NCBI GenBank assembly: GCA_012295275.1 | Contig: CM022676.1 | Coordinates: forward strand, 5,332,001-5,396,000 | Source of the DNA: Chrysomallon squamiferum | Lineage: Eukaryota; Animalia; Mollusca | Length of the DNA stretch: 64,000 bases | Direction of reading: 5' to 3' | In this document: in pieces, positions 1 to 42,590 of the stretch | How the letters are laid out: each line of letters opens with the position of its first letter | Position numbering within the stretch: the first letter of the stretch is position 1 | Position numbers and translations under genes: made by a program | The notes under the pieces: generated by a model | Databases searched by the model: none | Told to the model about the DNA's origin: nothing | What the model saw: only the letters and a program-made list of their open reading frames with translations

Positions 1-128
1 ATAAACGCAACAAATATAAATTCATTAATTTCAAATTGATATTATACAAGACATAATTATTATTGGCAACGCTGAATAATTGAAAAAAAAACAAAAAAAA
101 ACAAACAAGAAAACTGTCCCCTTCAATG

Positions 129-327
129 GTGTATCCAAGCGATTTTTTTTTTTTTTTTTTTTAGAAACCACTGATTTCAGTTGCAGTATCCTAACTGCAG
201 ATGTATGGCGAGACTATTTGAGCTAAGATGCTGAAGTCGAAATCAGTGGTTAATAATAAAAAAAAAGAAAGAAAACAAAACAAAACGCTCGCCTCGATCG
301 CGTTATGCATGCTCGGTTGGGATACAC
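129..327. repeat. Nested inverted repeat / foldback element (possible MITE remnant)
   Basis: aaccactgatttc (166-178) is the exact reverse complement of 239-251, and pairing continues imperfectly inward. It is flanked by a T tract and an A-rich tract, then by outer arms gtgtatccaagcga (129-142) and tcggttgggatacac (313-327). Confidence 0.6.
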
Positions 328-946
328 TTTAAGAAATCATCAGTTTATCGGCGATGTAAATATAATTTGTAACCACAATTCGCATATAATAACTAAAGGT
401 AAATATATTAACAGCGCCTAGAATAAGTTTGCGGTTCACAAAGGTGTTGTAACTCGTGAATATCCGTAACTACCGAGAAATCACGAAGAGTTCCGTATTT
501 AAAACAGAATGACGTCAATAATTAGACTACGTCACAATGAACTTCGCTTTCGTTTTTGAGTTGGTATTTCGTTTGCTGGAAACGTACGTTTTTAAGGTAA
601 GAAAATTCGTAATTTTTTATGTTTATTTTGTATGTGTTTTGTTTAATTTTCCTTGCAGAAACAGTGTGCCCATTGCACTTAATTATAAACAAATATACAT
701 ACATGCCCAAATATTGTATGGGACGCAATTCAGGAGAACAAAAATCATATTATTATGTTATATTTCTACTGGACTAATTGAAAACAGAAATCTATTCAGA
801 ATGAAATATTTAATTCGTTAATAACAGAAATTATAAAATTAAAATATTGAAAACTTTAATGAAAAAAACAAGTGGCATAAAAAAAAAAATAATAAAAATA
901 AAAAATCTATGCACGTATGTAAACTTACTATCATCATCCTCATCGC

Positions 947-987
<41 letters not shown>

Positions 988-1109
988 TTATTTTCAAATC
1001 TTGTACAATGTTTCTAAAATAACTTATTTTGCAACTGCATTCCCTTATCCATAAAATCATCGCTTGTAATTAACTGGACAAAATGTAGACTGTCATTCAT
1101 GTCTTGTTG

Positions 1110-13169
<12,060 letters not shown>

Positions 13170-14600
13170 AGTTACTTCAAGAGATCCTAGCGCGTTGGAA
13201 AAAAAAATTGTGGTCGACAGTGAAATTAATTGTTCATAGCAATCAAACATATACTGTACAAAAAAAAGTTAGGGATCACTCAAAGTGTCAATATTATGGG
13301 AATAATTTTATTTGATTATTGCATATTACTGTTGCTTCTATTAAAATATTAAAGAAATTACATTCAGTCTAATTTTAAATCTTTAAATAAATTTAATCAG
13401 TTTCTCAAAAATTACAATTAGATAAAAAAAAAAAAAAAAAAAAATAATAATAATAATAATAATAATAATAATTTGAAAATTAAGTTTAAATTGTATTTTA
13501 AAAAGTATGAAAGTGTGCATATATGTATATATGTATGTGTGTAGGTATATAAGTAAATGTATGTAATGTATGTATGTATGTGTGTATGCATGCATGCATA
13601 TATGTATGTACGTGTGTATATATATTTATATATATATATTCATGTGTATATGTATATATGTCTATGAATGTATGTAATGGATATATGCATATATAAAGTA
13701 TGTACGTATATAAACATGTTTGCTCAGTGTATACAGTTTTATGAGTATATATTAATTTATTTCGTTCTGTATCGGAGCTTAACACAAAAATCGTGAACAG
13801 TACATTAACCCACACGGATAAAATTCAAATCGCAAAATGAAATCACATTTCATCTGTTTATACAGAGCCAATATTTAACACGACGGGCAAAAACCATTTA
13901 TCAGTTTTCATCACAAAAGAGTATCAGGCGACTCAATTTACGTCGCATTAACTCGCGTATTACTGTCATTTGCACGACAAACGTTAACAAGAAATAAAAC
14001 AAATCGTTACTAATGCAGGCCCAGCTCTTAAACGAATCTCCCCAAACGACTATTTGTTCACTCATTCATTACATTTGCTGCGGTATCACGTTCAAATAGA
14101 TGTTTTAATAGACGAGTCTGTTCAAAAACAAATAATAAACTGATCGCATAAAAGGTTTGACTTCAGCTTCATTCGTTTTGTTTACCGTTTCGTCAGCTTG
14201 GCTTTCAAGAATATCCGTTTGTTTCTCAAGTTGTAGTATTTACTGTGAAATTCATAATGGAACTGTAGGGCGGCCATGTTTGTTTTGATGGACGAACCCG
14301 GATAAATAAACAGTTCAGTTTTTTTTTTAGAATAAAAGAGATTAAATGTTAAATCGATCTGGTGTTTTGAAAATCAAAACATGATAAATAGAGTGAGTGA
14401 GCAAATGAGTACATACGAATCTAAGCTGTACATATACAGAGAGGATATTGATGGCTTTGGAAATGTCAGAAGTTAGCGTATGTAAATGGACATAAAACAT
14501 TTTAATACTTAACAGTGTTACAGTGCAGAATATATCTACTGCAATTATAACATATTCAGGCATTTTCAAGTTCATTATTATATTGATCATGTTATGTACT

Positions 14601-14634
<34 letters not shown>

Positions 14635-14656
14635 GTAGTAGTAGTAGTAGTAGTAA

Positions 14657-14699
<43 letters not shown>

Positions 14700-15901
14700 A
14701 GTAGTAGTAGTAATCGAACCTATACAGGAGATAAACAGGCATCCTCCTATCTCCCATTATTATTTAGCGGTCGTATACTGACGTCATTGCATTGTTCTAA
14801 TTACGTAAGTGTATGACATCATAATGTTAGCAGTAGATGGCTCTTTTTAGGTCTCTCTCTCTGTTAATTTGTTTTTATTTTATGTATTTATTTATTTTAT
14901 TTTATTTTATTTTATTGATTTATTGATTTCTGTTTGTTTTTTTTTTTTTTAAATTGGCGCTCGTCAAAAAAAAAAAAAAAAAAAAATGTTTATTACTGTT
15001 CTTTATTGTATGTTAATTAATTTATTTATTTGCTCTTGTCAATTATGTTTTGCTGTTATCGTTTTTATTAATTAATTTATTTATTTGCTCTTGTCAATTA
15101 TGTTTTGCTGTTATCGTTTTTATTAATAAATTAATATTAATTTTATTGTTGTCATCATAAACTAATAGCATGTTCATTACAAATGACAGCTTAATCATTT
15201 AAGTAGGTAAATATCGCAGTTTATATAAAATTGTGTGTTTAGAAGATACAGAAATAAAAGTTAATATTTGTTGAAAGTTTATAAATTATTAGTTATTTAA
15301 TATTTTTGAATTTATGAAACTACTTAAATCTTATTTTATTTAATTTACTATTTTTCTTGCCATTTATTTCAAATTAGAAGAGGTTTTATTCCAAAATTCC
15401 CAAATAATTCAATTTATACTCCTTAAATATTTAATTAATTAAAAATATGTTTCACAGATTATGTACATTTTTAATACATAATTTTCTGAAGTTAAATGAA
15501 ATAATAATAAATGCTTGTAAATTAACCTTTTCATAAATTTATGTAAACAGATAAAGCATATAAGAAATATTACCTCTTCAAAAATTAGAATATACACATA
15601 CGTACATAAGTGAATACACAGAAAGTTGACTTATGTTTGTTTATACACAATATACACACAACTGTTTGATTTATTCACATGAACCACAAACTGAAAATTT
15701 ATGCAAAAATTATTTTTATTTAATTTCACTCCACAGGATAAAGCTAGATAACTATTAAGATTATCTGCTTACAAGATCTTAGTTATCTCCCTTATAAATA
15801 TAATTAACAGTTATCGCCCTTTAGTTAACAATACCATCTGCACTTTCATGAATATTATTCACAAAATATATTATGATGAACTCACTCATACAAATAAACA
15901 A

Positions 15902-15997
<96 letters not shown>

Positions 15998-16489
15998 CCC
16001 TCCCTCTCCCTCTCCCTCTCTCTGAATTTAGTCACTGTGTGAAATTTTTGGCCTCTGTGAAAAGTATCCAGACCAATCCTGCTGGCTATACTGTATGTGG
16101 AAGTCAATGAAATAATCATATTTTTATGAAAGTATTAAAGAATGAAAAATAAATATTTGTAAGTTATTTAGATTTGAAACACATTCCAAATGTTTTTAAT
16201 ATAAAGAACGTTATCATGTACTTTATTTTAAATACATACCATTCTTTACATAAGAACTTGATGACTTAAGGAGTATAACAATAACAAGAAATATATTTTA
16301 CATACATTTCACATTTATGAACACAGAAATAAATATATTTATATGCTGATTTATAAAAAAATTATTATTAAAATTATAAAAAAAAATAAAAATTTTGAAT
16401 CCATGATATTGGATTTTTTTAACTAAGAAACTTATCTTCAAATCCAGAAGGTTTTTTATTTTCAGCTAAATATCCTTGCATTTTTTTTT

Positions 16490-16835
16490 TTATCATCATC
16501 TAGAAATCATTAAAAAAATAAATTTAACCATCATCCACTATTCCTTCAAATTTAATATTATCATTTTGCCAGCCTGTGAATATTTTTTTGTTTTTATCAT
16601 TGTCTACAAGTCCTTGAAATTTATTATCATTTCCCAGTTGCTGAATATTTTTATCATTATCTACCAGTCTGGGAAGATCTTTATGATCACCTACTAGTTA
16701 CTGGAATTTATTATAATCATTCACCAACTCCTGAAGTTTTTATTATCTTCTTCTTGAACTCCTGGAATTTTTATTGTTTTCATTTACCATCCCCTGAAGT
16801 TTAGTCCTTCATCTTCTACAAGTCCTTGAAGTTTT
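16490..16835. repeat. Degenerate ~30-bp tandem repeat downstream of the zinc-finger stop
   Basis: Recurrent tttattatcat...cc/ctgaa units. Confidence 0.55.
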
Positions 16836-16871
16836 ATTTTATTGCCTTCTTCAATGAAATGCGTTACTACC

Positions 16872-17510
16872 TTACGTCAGGCTTAGAATCTCTTTGTCTG
16901 CTGACAATCTTTCCTTATCTGAATTTGTCTTTTCAGTTAATGGATCTTTTTCTTCATCTGTGTCTTCATCCTCATCCTCCTCCTCCTCCTCCTCCAAATG
17001 CAGTTCATCTTCGTTAGACTGACTAGAATCATTATTTTCATGTTTCTGACGTTTTTTCCATGCATGCAGAAACACGTGAAGCTTCAAACTTCCGCCATCT
17101 TTGAAACGTTTTGGACACTGGTCACACTTGAAAGATTTCTTTTCACTGTGATTTCTCTTGACATGGCGCTTTAATGTCCACTTGCGTCCAAACGCCTGAG
17201 AGCAGACGTCACATTTGAAAAGTTTGAGTCGCGTGTGGACGAGCATGTGTTCGTCCAGGTGTGCCATGCGTCTGAAATCTTTCAAGCAGACGTGACACTT
17301 GAACGGCTTCTCCCCGGTGTGGATCATCAGGTGTCTCTCCAGGGCAGCACTTTCCGTGAAGTATTTCGAACACTCCCAGCACTTGAACGGCGTCTCGCCA
17401 CCGTGCAGCAGCCTGTGTCGTTTCAAGCTTCCCTTTGTCGTAAAACCTTTTGAACATTCGTCACAGGTAAAGGATTTCTTGGGTCTGTCGTCTGAAACAC
17501 CATCCATCAT
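16872..17510 (-). CDS. C2H2 zinc-finger protein (5 tandem fingers, acidic C-terminal tail), single coding exon, 212 aa
   Basis: Five CxxC...HxxxH units (CDEC, CWEC, CHVC, CDVC, CDQC) with TGEKP-like linkers, then EEEEEEDEDEDTDEE. An in-frame TAA at 17556-17558 lies upstream, so the start is ATG 17510 or 17507. A splice acceptor at 17720-17721 implies a non-coding upstream exon. Confidence 0.9.
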   Translation of the reverse strand: MMDGVSDDRPKKSFTCDECSKGFTTKGSLKRHRLLHGGETPFKCWECSKYFTESAALERHLMIHTGEKPFKCHVCLKDFRRMAHLDEHMLVHTRLKLFKCDVCSQAFGRKWTLKRHVKRNHSEKKSFKCDQCPKRFKDGGSLKLHVFLHAWKKRQKHENNDSSQSNEDELHLEEEEEEDEDEDTDEEKDPLTEKTNSDKERLSADKEILSLT

Positions 17511-18739
17511 CAAAATGGATATTTCCAGCAGTTGTACAAAATTAAATTTTTCCTCTTATTCATCATTGTAAGCAGTCATAAGAATTCAATACTTTTCTAC
17601 TATTCTTCCTTGTGTATGAAATTTATTTGTTTCCCTCTTATTCATTGTTGTAAATACTTAAACCCATACTCCATGAAAATTTGCATAAATAATCTCTTAA
17701 ACTCCTGCTTCATGTAATTCTGAAAAAAGAAAGAAAAAATAATTAATATAGCATTCATGTTCATAAATAACATCTACAACACATATGGTTAATATGAACA
17801 CTGTTACGACAGTTTTAACTGCTTAATTTAATTATCTTTCAGTTGTGCATAAATATATGTCTGGAATAAATACAGGATCATTTCAGTAATTTTTTTATCC
17901 ACATATACAGTGAGAGAGAGATAAAAATAGATAAAAAAATAAACAATAAATAATAAATAAATAAATAAAAACCAAATAAAATAAAAAATAATAATAAAAT
18001 AAATAAATAAATAAATATCTGTCTGGAATAGACAGAGGTTTAGTTCTAAACTTTTATTAATTTAAATCATTTTTTTTGAACCACACAGAGAGACAAATTC
18101 ATTAAAAAAATAAAATAAAATAAAATAAAATAATAATAAATAAATAAATAAATAATTTAAAAAAATAAAAATTAGGATATACACAGATTAGCATGGGGCC
18201 CCCAATAAAATGCCCAGCATACCCATGCGTTAAGAGAGAAACACCTATGATATCTCGCATTAAAAACTATTTATACATTATTCTTATTTACAAATCTGTC
18301 ATATTTGGTTAATTAAAGTTCAGATAACTGACCCAGTAATTACGACAGTTTCTTAATTACCTTTTAGGCGAAGCATTTAATTAGTGATTGTAACCGTCAA
18401 AATGCCCACTGGTAATGAGTTGTCATTGAATGGACTTTGAATGATTGAGGAGGTGACATTACATTGTTATGTAAGTTATTATTTTCGGTGTTAAAATGGT
18501 CTTAATTTAAATCGGGGGAAACAAAATCCATCTAATAAACCAAAAATATGAGGCACAATGTTCTTGTTTCTTACTGACAAATAGTATTTTTTAACAAAAA
18601 TAATTAAACAAACCAAGTAAACTGTTACTGTTATGTTTCTAGTTATCTATCATGATGTTTTCTCTAAAAGACGTGTCAGTTATACCATATAAAATGGAAA
18701 TTATATTTGCTAACTGATATTCAGAGACACGACAATCTT

Positions 18740-19743
18740 ACCTAAGGGAAAATCATAACCTTGAAGCATGTCGAGCGCGAAAATAAACACTATATTGAAA
18801 CAAAAACAAATACTAAACAGTAGCGTAAGTGGAAATCTTTTGTTTGTTTGTATTTAATTTCTACCAACAAAAGAGAGCATCAATATTTCTGCTATATATA
18901 TGTTTTTTCTCATTAGTAATGAATTTTGTTCTTGTTTTTATTTAACTGTTCATTATTTAATTTATTACGGAATGAATATTAATTATTTTTCTAAAGCACA
19001 AATGTAGAAACTTGATTTGTAGGAAAAACCAGAACTTCCTATAAAAATTTATAACTTTAACAAATATAAATTGTATCCCTGAAGTTTGAATATTATCAGT
19101 TGCTGCAAATATTTGAAGGTTCATCTATTACACTACACCCAGCCGTTCCGTAATTATTAATTTTTTTTTTTTAAATGAAAAGTCTCTTAATATTTTCTTC
19201 ACATACAGGTTCTCACACATCTGTGGACAGTTTAAATTCAATACTGAATTTGAACCTAAAGTTTAAAGAGCATCGGTCAAAATAAAATATTCTTTTCAAA
19301 ATCGTATCGAAGAAAATTGTGTTCATATTGCTCACTCGATAATCATTATAAAAAATTAAAAAAATTCGTTAATTTTTTTGCTGTTGCTTTTTTAATGAAA
19401 AATGTAGTAGAAACATCCCATAGCCCACACTTTCAAAAGTAAATAAAAATCTACACATTGTGACATTGGTTATCTCGGAAAAAAACAATAAATTTTCCAT
19501 TATGTTTTACCTTCTTTTTTCTTTTTTTTTAATTGTGCGGTTTCCAGGAGCGCAGTGTTGGCTATCGTTCAACGATTTATAGTAACATGCTGTAATCGGA
19601 TGCATACAAGATACATAAACGCAGACGACATGGGACGGAAATTATAAGAACTAAGAAGGGATAGGGTTCAAAATGTCACCAAACTGCTTCTTAATTATCT
19701 ACCCTGAAAGAAGCGGAAGTATTTTCATGTGAAAACAAAAAGA
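18740..19743. promoter_or_regulatory. Likely divergent promoter region between the zinc-finger gene and nicastrin
   Basis: Head-to-head orientation. CpG-containing patches at ~18770 and 19535-19640. Minus-strand donor-like sites at ~18740 and ~19510. TSSs not determined. Confidence 0.4.
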
Positions 19744-36531
<16,788 letters not shown>

Positions 36532-36547
36532 AACCTGTGTTCATAAC

Positions 36548-36742
36548 GAGTTATCTCCCTTGAGGCAATCTGAGTTATCTTTCTTGAAGATAATTTGAAT
36601 TATCTCATCTTCTTCCAATATATAAAAAAATTATATATATATATATAATTGAGAGTTACTGCTCTTGAGATTATCAGTTATCTCCCTTGAGATCATTCCA
36701 GATTATCTCCTCTGACATGTAATCAGAGTTGTCTCCCTTGAC
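36548..36742 (+). repeat. Cluster of gagttatctcccttga motifs just after the exon-B stop
   Basis: About 7 degenerate copies. The same motif recurs at 15781, 15809, 33685 and, inverted, at 43008. Confidence 0.7.
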
Positions 36743-39700
36743 TGTGATCGTTATGATTTTCTAATTTTTTAAAAAATTTTGTCTTAAAATTTTGAAAATT
36801 GAAAATAATAGAAATTTAAAACAGCAAATGAAACTGTAAATATTTTATTTAGTTTAGAGAAGTTTTTAAGGCACAGAGGCATTGTCTTTGAATATTTATA
36901 CCTAAAGGTTAATCAGAAGTCATTCAGCAGTCAGCTAGGGTTTTTATATTGTTTCCTAGCAACAGAAATCCATCCATGATTTAAATATTATGTACTATTA
37001 AATATATATATATATATAAATATATAAAATTCTTGTACATGAATAACATTAACGTTTTTATTTATTTTAATTTTACTTTTAAATAACTTTTTTTTAATAA
37101 ATAATTTTAAAGGATTTAATGAAAAATGAAATTAAAAGTTAGCTTACAATCTATCATTCAAGGTTTTTTTTATTATTATTATTATTATTTTTATTATTTT
37201 TAATTATTGTTACAAAATTATGCGAGTTAGCTGGTTTTGTGTGCAAAATTAATTGAAAAATCATAAAATCATCTCTGATTTTGTAAATACAAACTGGTCT
37301 TCAGTAAATCTTTAATTTGCATCATTGTTATTCTCTGAATGCAGCAGTGTGTGCAATTAAGTCAAACATGCATCTGTATGCATTTGTGTATCTATGCATG
37401 CATGATTGCATGAATGCTTGAGAATACATATATACGAATTTAATTTTGACTATATATTTTCATGACGTGTCTATTGCATGTTAAGTATTTATTCAGTTTA
37501 TGATGCTAGTTTTATGCAAAATATTTTGTAATTTGAAAAACTGAACCTCAACTTAGTTTACAACTTTTTCAAAAATGAGAGTAGTTAATTATGTTTGGGA
37601 TAAAACTGAAAATATATGCCCATTTATTTCTATATAATTTAGTAAGCAAGTATATGTGTGTGTGTGTTTGTATGTGTGGGTGTCTGCAATTGTATGTGTA
37701 TGTGTGTGTGTGTGGAGGGGGTATGTCTATGCACACACACACAAACACACACAAACACTAGACTAGAACTGGATATTCAATGTTCGTGTTACCAGTGTGT
37801 GTGTCAGTGACTGTGGGTGCATGTGTGTGCGCTTATATTGTATACATATCAATAATGAAAAATAATTTTATACATTTGAGACAATTTTTAATATTTGTAG
37901 TGAGAAGAATTTGACTTGTTTAAATGATGGAAACGGTAGTCATGTTTTTTTTTTGTGTGACTAGTAGTGTCAAGTCTTGAGACTTTACTGGCAGCTGTAA
38001 AGTTTTGTCTTTGTCGTAGTTTCTGTTCTTTTTGTTTTTTGTTTTGCTTATATGACATATTTATTAACTTCAGTACCCAAGTTTGAGATTTTAATTAAAC
38101 AAACAATTAATTAATTAAATAATTAAAATAATGAAAGAAAGAAAGATATTAAATAAATAAATGTATGAATATGTTATAAGGCATATTCACATATAATAAA
38201 TAAAATAAATAAATTAATTAATAAAAAAAAAAAAAAAAAGTAATAAAATAAATAAAGAAAAGAAACAAAGATATTAAATAAATAAATAATAAAAGTAAAT
38301 GGGTTTTTTAAATTGTAATTGGAACAAGCCTTTGTTAATAATAAAGTATGAAAATAAATAAATAGATATATGTGTATAGAATGTCATTTTAACTTTTTTT
38401 GTTTGGAGAGTTTTTAAATATGTAAAAAAAAAATAAAAACAATGTCAGAATTCATTCATCGTTGTCAGTTTTGTTGTGCTTTATTATTATTATTATTAAA
38501 ACATTGATTTATTGAAAACTTTATTAATCTGTAATATTGGAGTATAAGAATACTGAATACTTGTTATTTTGAAATGCTGGAGGCATAAAAATAGTGAATC
38601 CTGTATTTTTATCAAATTTTGTGTCTAGTCAACACTGAATACTTTATTATTATTAAAGGTTGATGTCCAGCATGGTTAATACTTTTATTTTTGGAAGCAT
38701 TATTTTTTTCAACAATTAGTAACAAATTGTAATCTAAGCAGAATATTTTTTTTTTTTTTTTTTTTTTTTTGAAGTGTGTTATTCAACTGTTTTATTTACT
38801 ACAGAAATATTACTAAATTTTAAACATTAGATTGAGAGTGAACATTATTTTGTTGACAAATAATTCTTGTATTCAAGAGCTTATCAAAATATTTAAAAAT
38901 TAATGTCAGCTTGTTGTTTTTATTTGTGTTTGTAATATATGATATATAAATATCTAAAATAACTATGTAGATTTGAGAAAACATAAATTAATAATAGCTT
39001 TTTTTCACTTGTTTTAATTCTTTATAATATAACTAACTAACTAAAATGACTTACTAATTCAGTAAAAAAAAATATTTGAGAAAAATAAATTAATAATAGC
39101 TTTTTTCAGTTATATGACTGGCAAATATGTCAAATAAATTGTTAATGTAGTTGAAATTTTGATTTGAAATTTTATTACAAATTAACAATGATTTGTTTGT
39201 TTTGGTTTTTAGGGTTATTATTATTATTTTTTTTTTTTTTTTTTTATGACATCTTAATATTCAGTAAAATTTTGATCAGACAGAATATTTAAAATCAACA
39301 GAAGCATAGTTTTTGACAAAGTTTATCGTATCACTGATGAAGTTTGTAATTAACAGGTAGCGTATTAAAGCATTGAATTTCCAGTTTGAGAAAATATTTC
39401 ATATCAGTCATAGATTATTTGTTTTTGCATATTTAATTAAGAGATTGCTAACATTTTCAAGGCTGGTATGTGTTAATATTTCGTCAATATAATTAAAATA
39501 GAGAAAAAAAAAAATAGAGAAAAATCCAAAAAAAAATTCTTATGTTATATATAGTTTCAGCTGTTTTTAATCATTTTAGTGAGGTAGATTTTTAAATTAA
39601 CTCTGGCTTTTGGTTACTGATTTTAATAGAGTAAATAATTATTTCATATTAATGAGAGCTTTTATTTCTGTCTAAGTTTATAATTTTGATTAACAAAATA

Positions 39701-40959
39701 GTTTAAACTAATAGTAGAATTTGATTATTATGTTTGTAGTTTATAAACAGGGGGATACATTTTTTGAAAATTAATTATTATTATTGTTGTGTGTATTTTT
39801 TAATAGAGCTTATTTTTAATTAATGATAGTTGTGATTATAATTATGCTTGTAATTGTGTTTAGAAAATATTTTAGATTCATGGTATGGTATATATTATGA
39901 ATATATTTGTAGTTTTGAAGGGGATTATTTTTCTGTTAATAGTTTTATAAGATTATGAATATAATTTACTTCTAATTTTGTCGGGAAATACCTTTAATTA
40001 ATGTTAGTATATGATTATTATTTATTTGTTGTTTTAGTAACAAAATATTTTAAATTATCAGTAATTCATGATTACATTTTTAATTTCACGAATTATTTGA
40101 AATGATCAATAACTTACCTTTATGGCTATGTTTATAATATTATGAACTGTTTGGAATCATTAATGGTAGGTTTATAATGTCATGAACTACTTGGAATTAT
40201 TAATGATTTATGGTTATGTGTATAACTTCATGAACTATTTGAAATTATGGGTATCTTATTGTGAGACAAAGACCATAATTTTTTGTGAATGCAAAATTCA
40301 TAATGTTAAAGAAGTACAAGCGACAAGATTTCTTAAATGCAGGACTGAAAAAAATCTTGATGTAATTATTCATTTTGGTTATTTAATTATTTTTGTACTT
40401 AAAAATAAACCAAAATAAACATTTTCATATCTGTTGTTTTGCTGGTACTTCACAACTTGACTATTGAATAATATGACGTAAAAAAATGTTTTTTTGAAAA
40501 CCATATCTGATCATTGTTACATTCCTGATATTGATTCAGGCACATCTGGAATCTTAATCTTCATCTCCATTTCTGTTTGTGGTCGTTAACAGGAGTTATT
40601 GCTCTGTTCATGTCCAGAATATTGTGCATTCTGTTGCATTATGGCCATAACCTATCACTTGAAATTATTTATGAATTTAACTAGAATCAGAGGTGTAATT
40701 TTAATTTTTTTTTAATTTTTCCCCATCCCTATGATGTAGAAATTGGATTATGAATTTTTGTTTAAATTGTTTCTTTTTTTTGTCATCATCCTATTTCATT
40801 CATTTAAAAATCTGATGACTGTTACAAGGAATTAGTTATTTATTTTTCTCCATTCTGTTTTTATTTTTATATTTTCAACTGGATTATCACTTCATCAAAT
40901 TCCTGCAGAAAATTCAGTTATGGTTTAAACATAATTATGAGGCTGTCACCTCACCCTAC

Positions 40960-41178
40960 CCCATCCACTGAAAATTCTAAATCAGTTTAAAAACAGAAAG
41001 CTATGAGTTTAACCATAATCCCATCTACTGAAAATTCTGTCCAAATTTTAACAGAATTACTTAGGCTATGAACATACCACAATCCCATTTAGTGAAAATT
41101 CTGCATAAATTTTAGCAGAATTACTTAGGCTATGAACATACCACAATCCCATTTAGAGAAAATTCTGCATAAATTTCA
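40960..41178. repeat. 60-bp tandem duplication with degenerate upstream copies
   Basis: cagaattacttaggctatgaacataccacaatcccatttag.gaaaattctgcataaattt occurs twice. Confidence 0.8.
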
Positions 41179-42554
41179 CAACAGTATGATGCGTCTTCAT
41201 CCATTCTCCAAGACATTCCATAATAGTTTGGCTTGCATTTAACTCAAATAAACTGAATCTTCATCTGAAGAAAAAAAAAAAAATGATAAATTCATCTTTT
41301 ACATTATACAGTCAGATTCAAGTTGGGGTGAAGAGGATCAAGAGGGTGGTGGGTGGTAGTGGTTTTCAGGATTTTTTTTTTTTTTTAATCATTTTGTAAG
41401 TGCCTATTTGTTTGCTCAATAAACTGCTCTAATATAATTTGATACTTTTGTAGATGTGTGAATCTCATTGGGATTGCCTCGAACATAAATATTGATTCTG
41501 CACTTGTAATAATATTAGAATTTTTCTCTACATTTAAAAACAAAAACAATTTTGAAAGAAGTTCTTATATTATTACTTTATTATTAGTAGAATCATCACC
41601 ATCATTATCATTATTTATTTATTTATTTATTGATTTACTATTGTTTTGGTGTTTTTTATTTGTTTGTTTTTTTGATAAGATTTTTGACTGGGTTGTTTTT
41701 TGTTTTGATATTCACTATAGCCCCCTGCTTCTCTCATTATTCATCATCGTCATTTCACGTAATTATTATCATTATTACTTGATCATTCGTAATGATTAAA
41801 ATGCAGAAAAACATAAAAAAATAAAAGTTATTTATTCATAGAATCTGCATTATGGATCAGACTGTGTTTTTTTTAAATCTAGAAACACAAATTAAATATC
41901 CATGCATACACTTTAATATTTTAAAACAAAATATTTAAAAAAGAAAAAAAAAAAGAAATATATTTATATATAAATAATTGCAATATATCGGACACATTTT
42001 TAAGCTATATATATGTATTAACAAATTATTATTTTTCAACCATATTATTTTAAAATTATTGAACAGATTGTTTTGGGGTTTTTTTTTTTTTAATTATTTA
42101 ATTTTGTATTTATAAGCAATTTGATACATGACATGTTTAATATTAAACATACAAAATAACATTCCATTTAAAGCAGGGGTCAGCTGCAAGGTCAGTATTG
42201 ACCACCGAGGTCAATGGGACCATCCAAGACAAGATGATAAATATCTAAGGATCAAAAAGTCAATAAATCCCAGAGATGGTTATGGTAGTAGTCGTAATGA
42301 CATAAGAAATTTACTGTTGATAAAATGTATTTATTTATTCTATTCTTGGGGATTGATGATAGATCAAGAATTCTATGAAGAGGTCCCACCCCCCTGATTT
42401 AAAGTATGTGTCTGGTGAGGTGAATAAACTAAAAAACTAATTTAATATGACGATTTCACTTCACCTGATCTTTGCTAATAATAAAGTATGACTAAAATAA
42501 CAAGCCTAATGTGATGCTAGATGATGCCATTTATTATTATTAACTTTATTTTAT

Positions 42555-42590
<36 letters not shown>

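Noticed and set aside
17209-17571. Alternative-frame and antisense ORFs over the zinc-finger gene
   Set aside because: Typical shadow ORFs of C2H2 arrays.
42128-42397. 89-aa ORF as a protein-coding gene
   Set aside because: No recognisable motif or supporting exon structure; kept only as a low-interest island.
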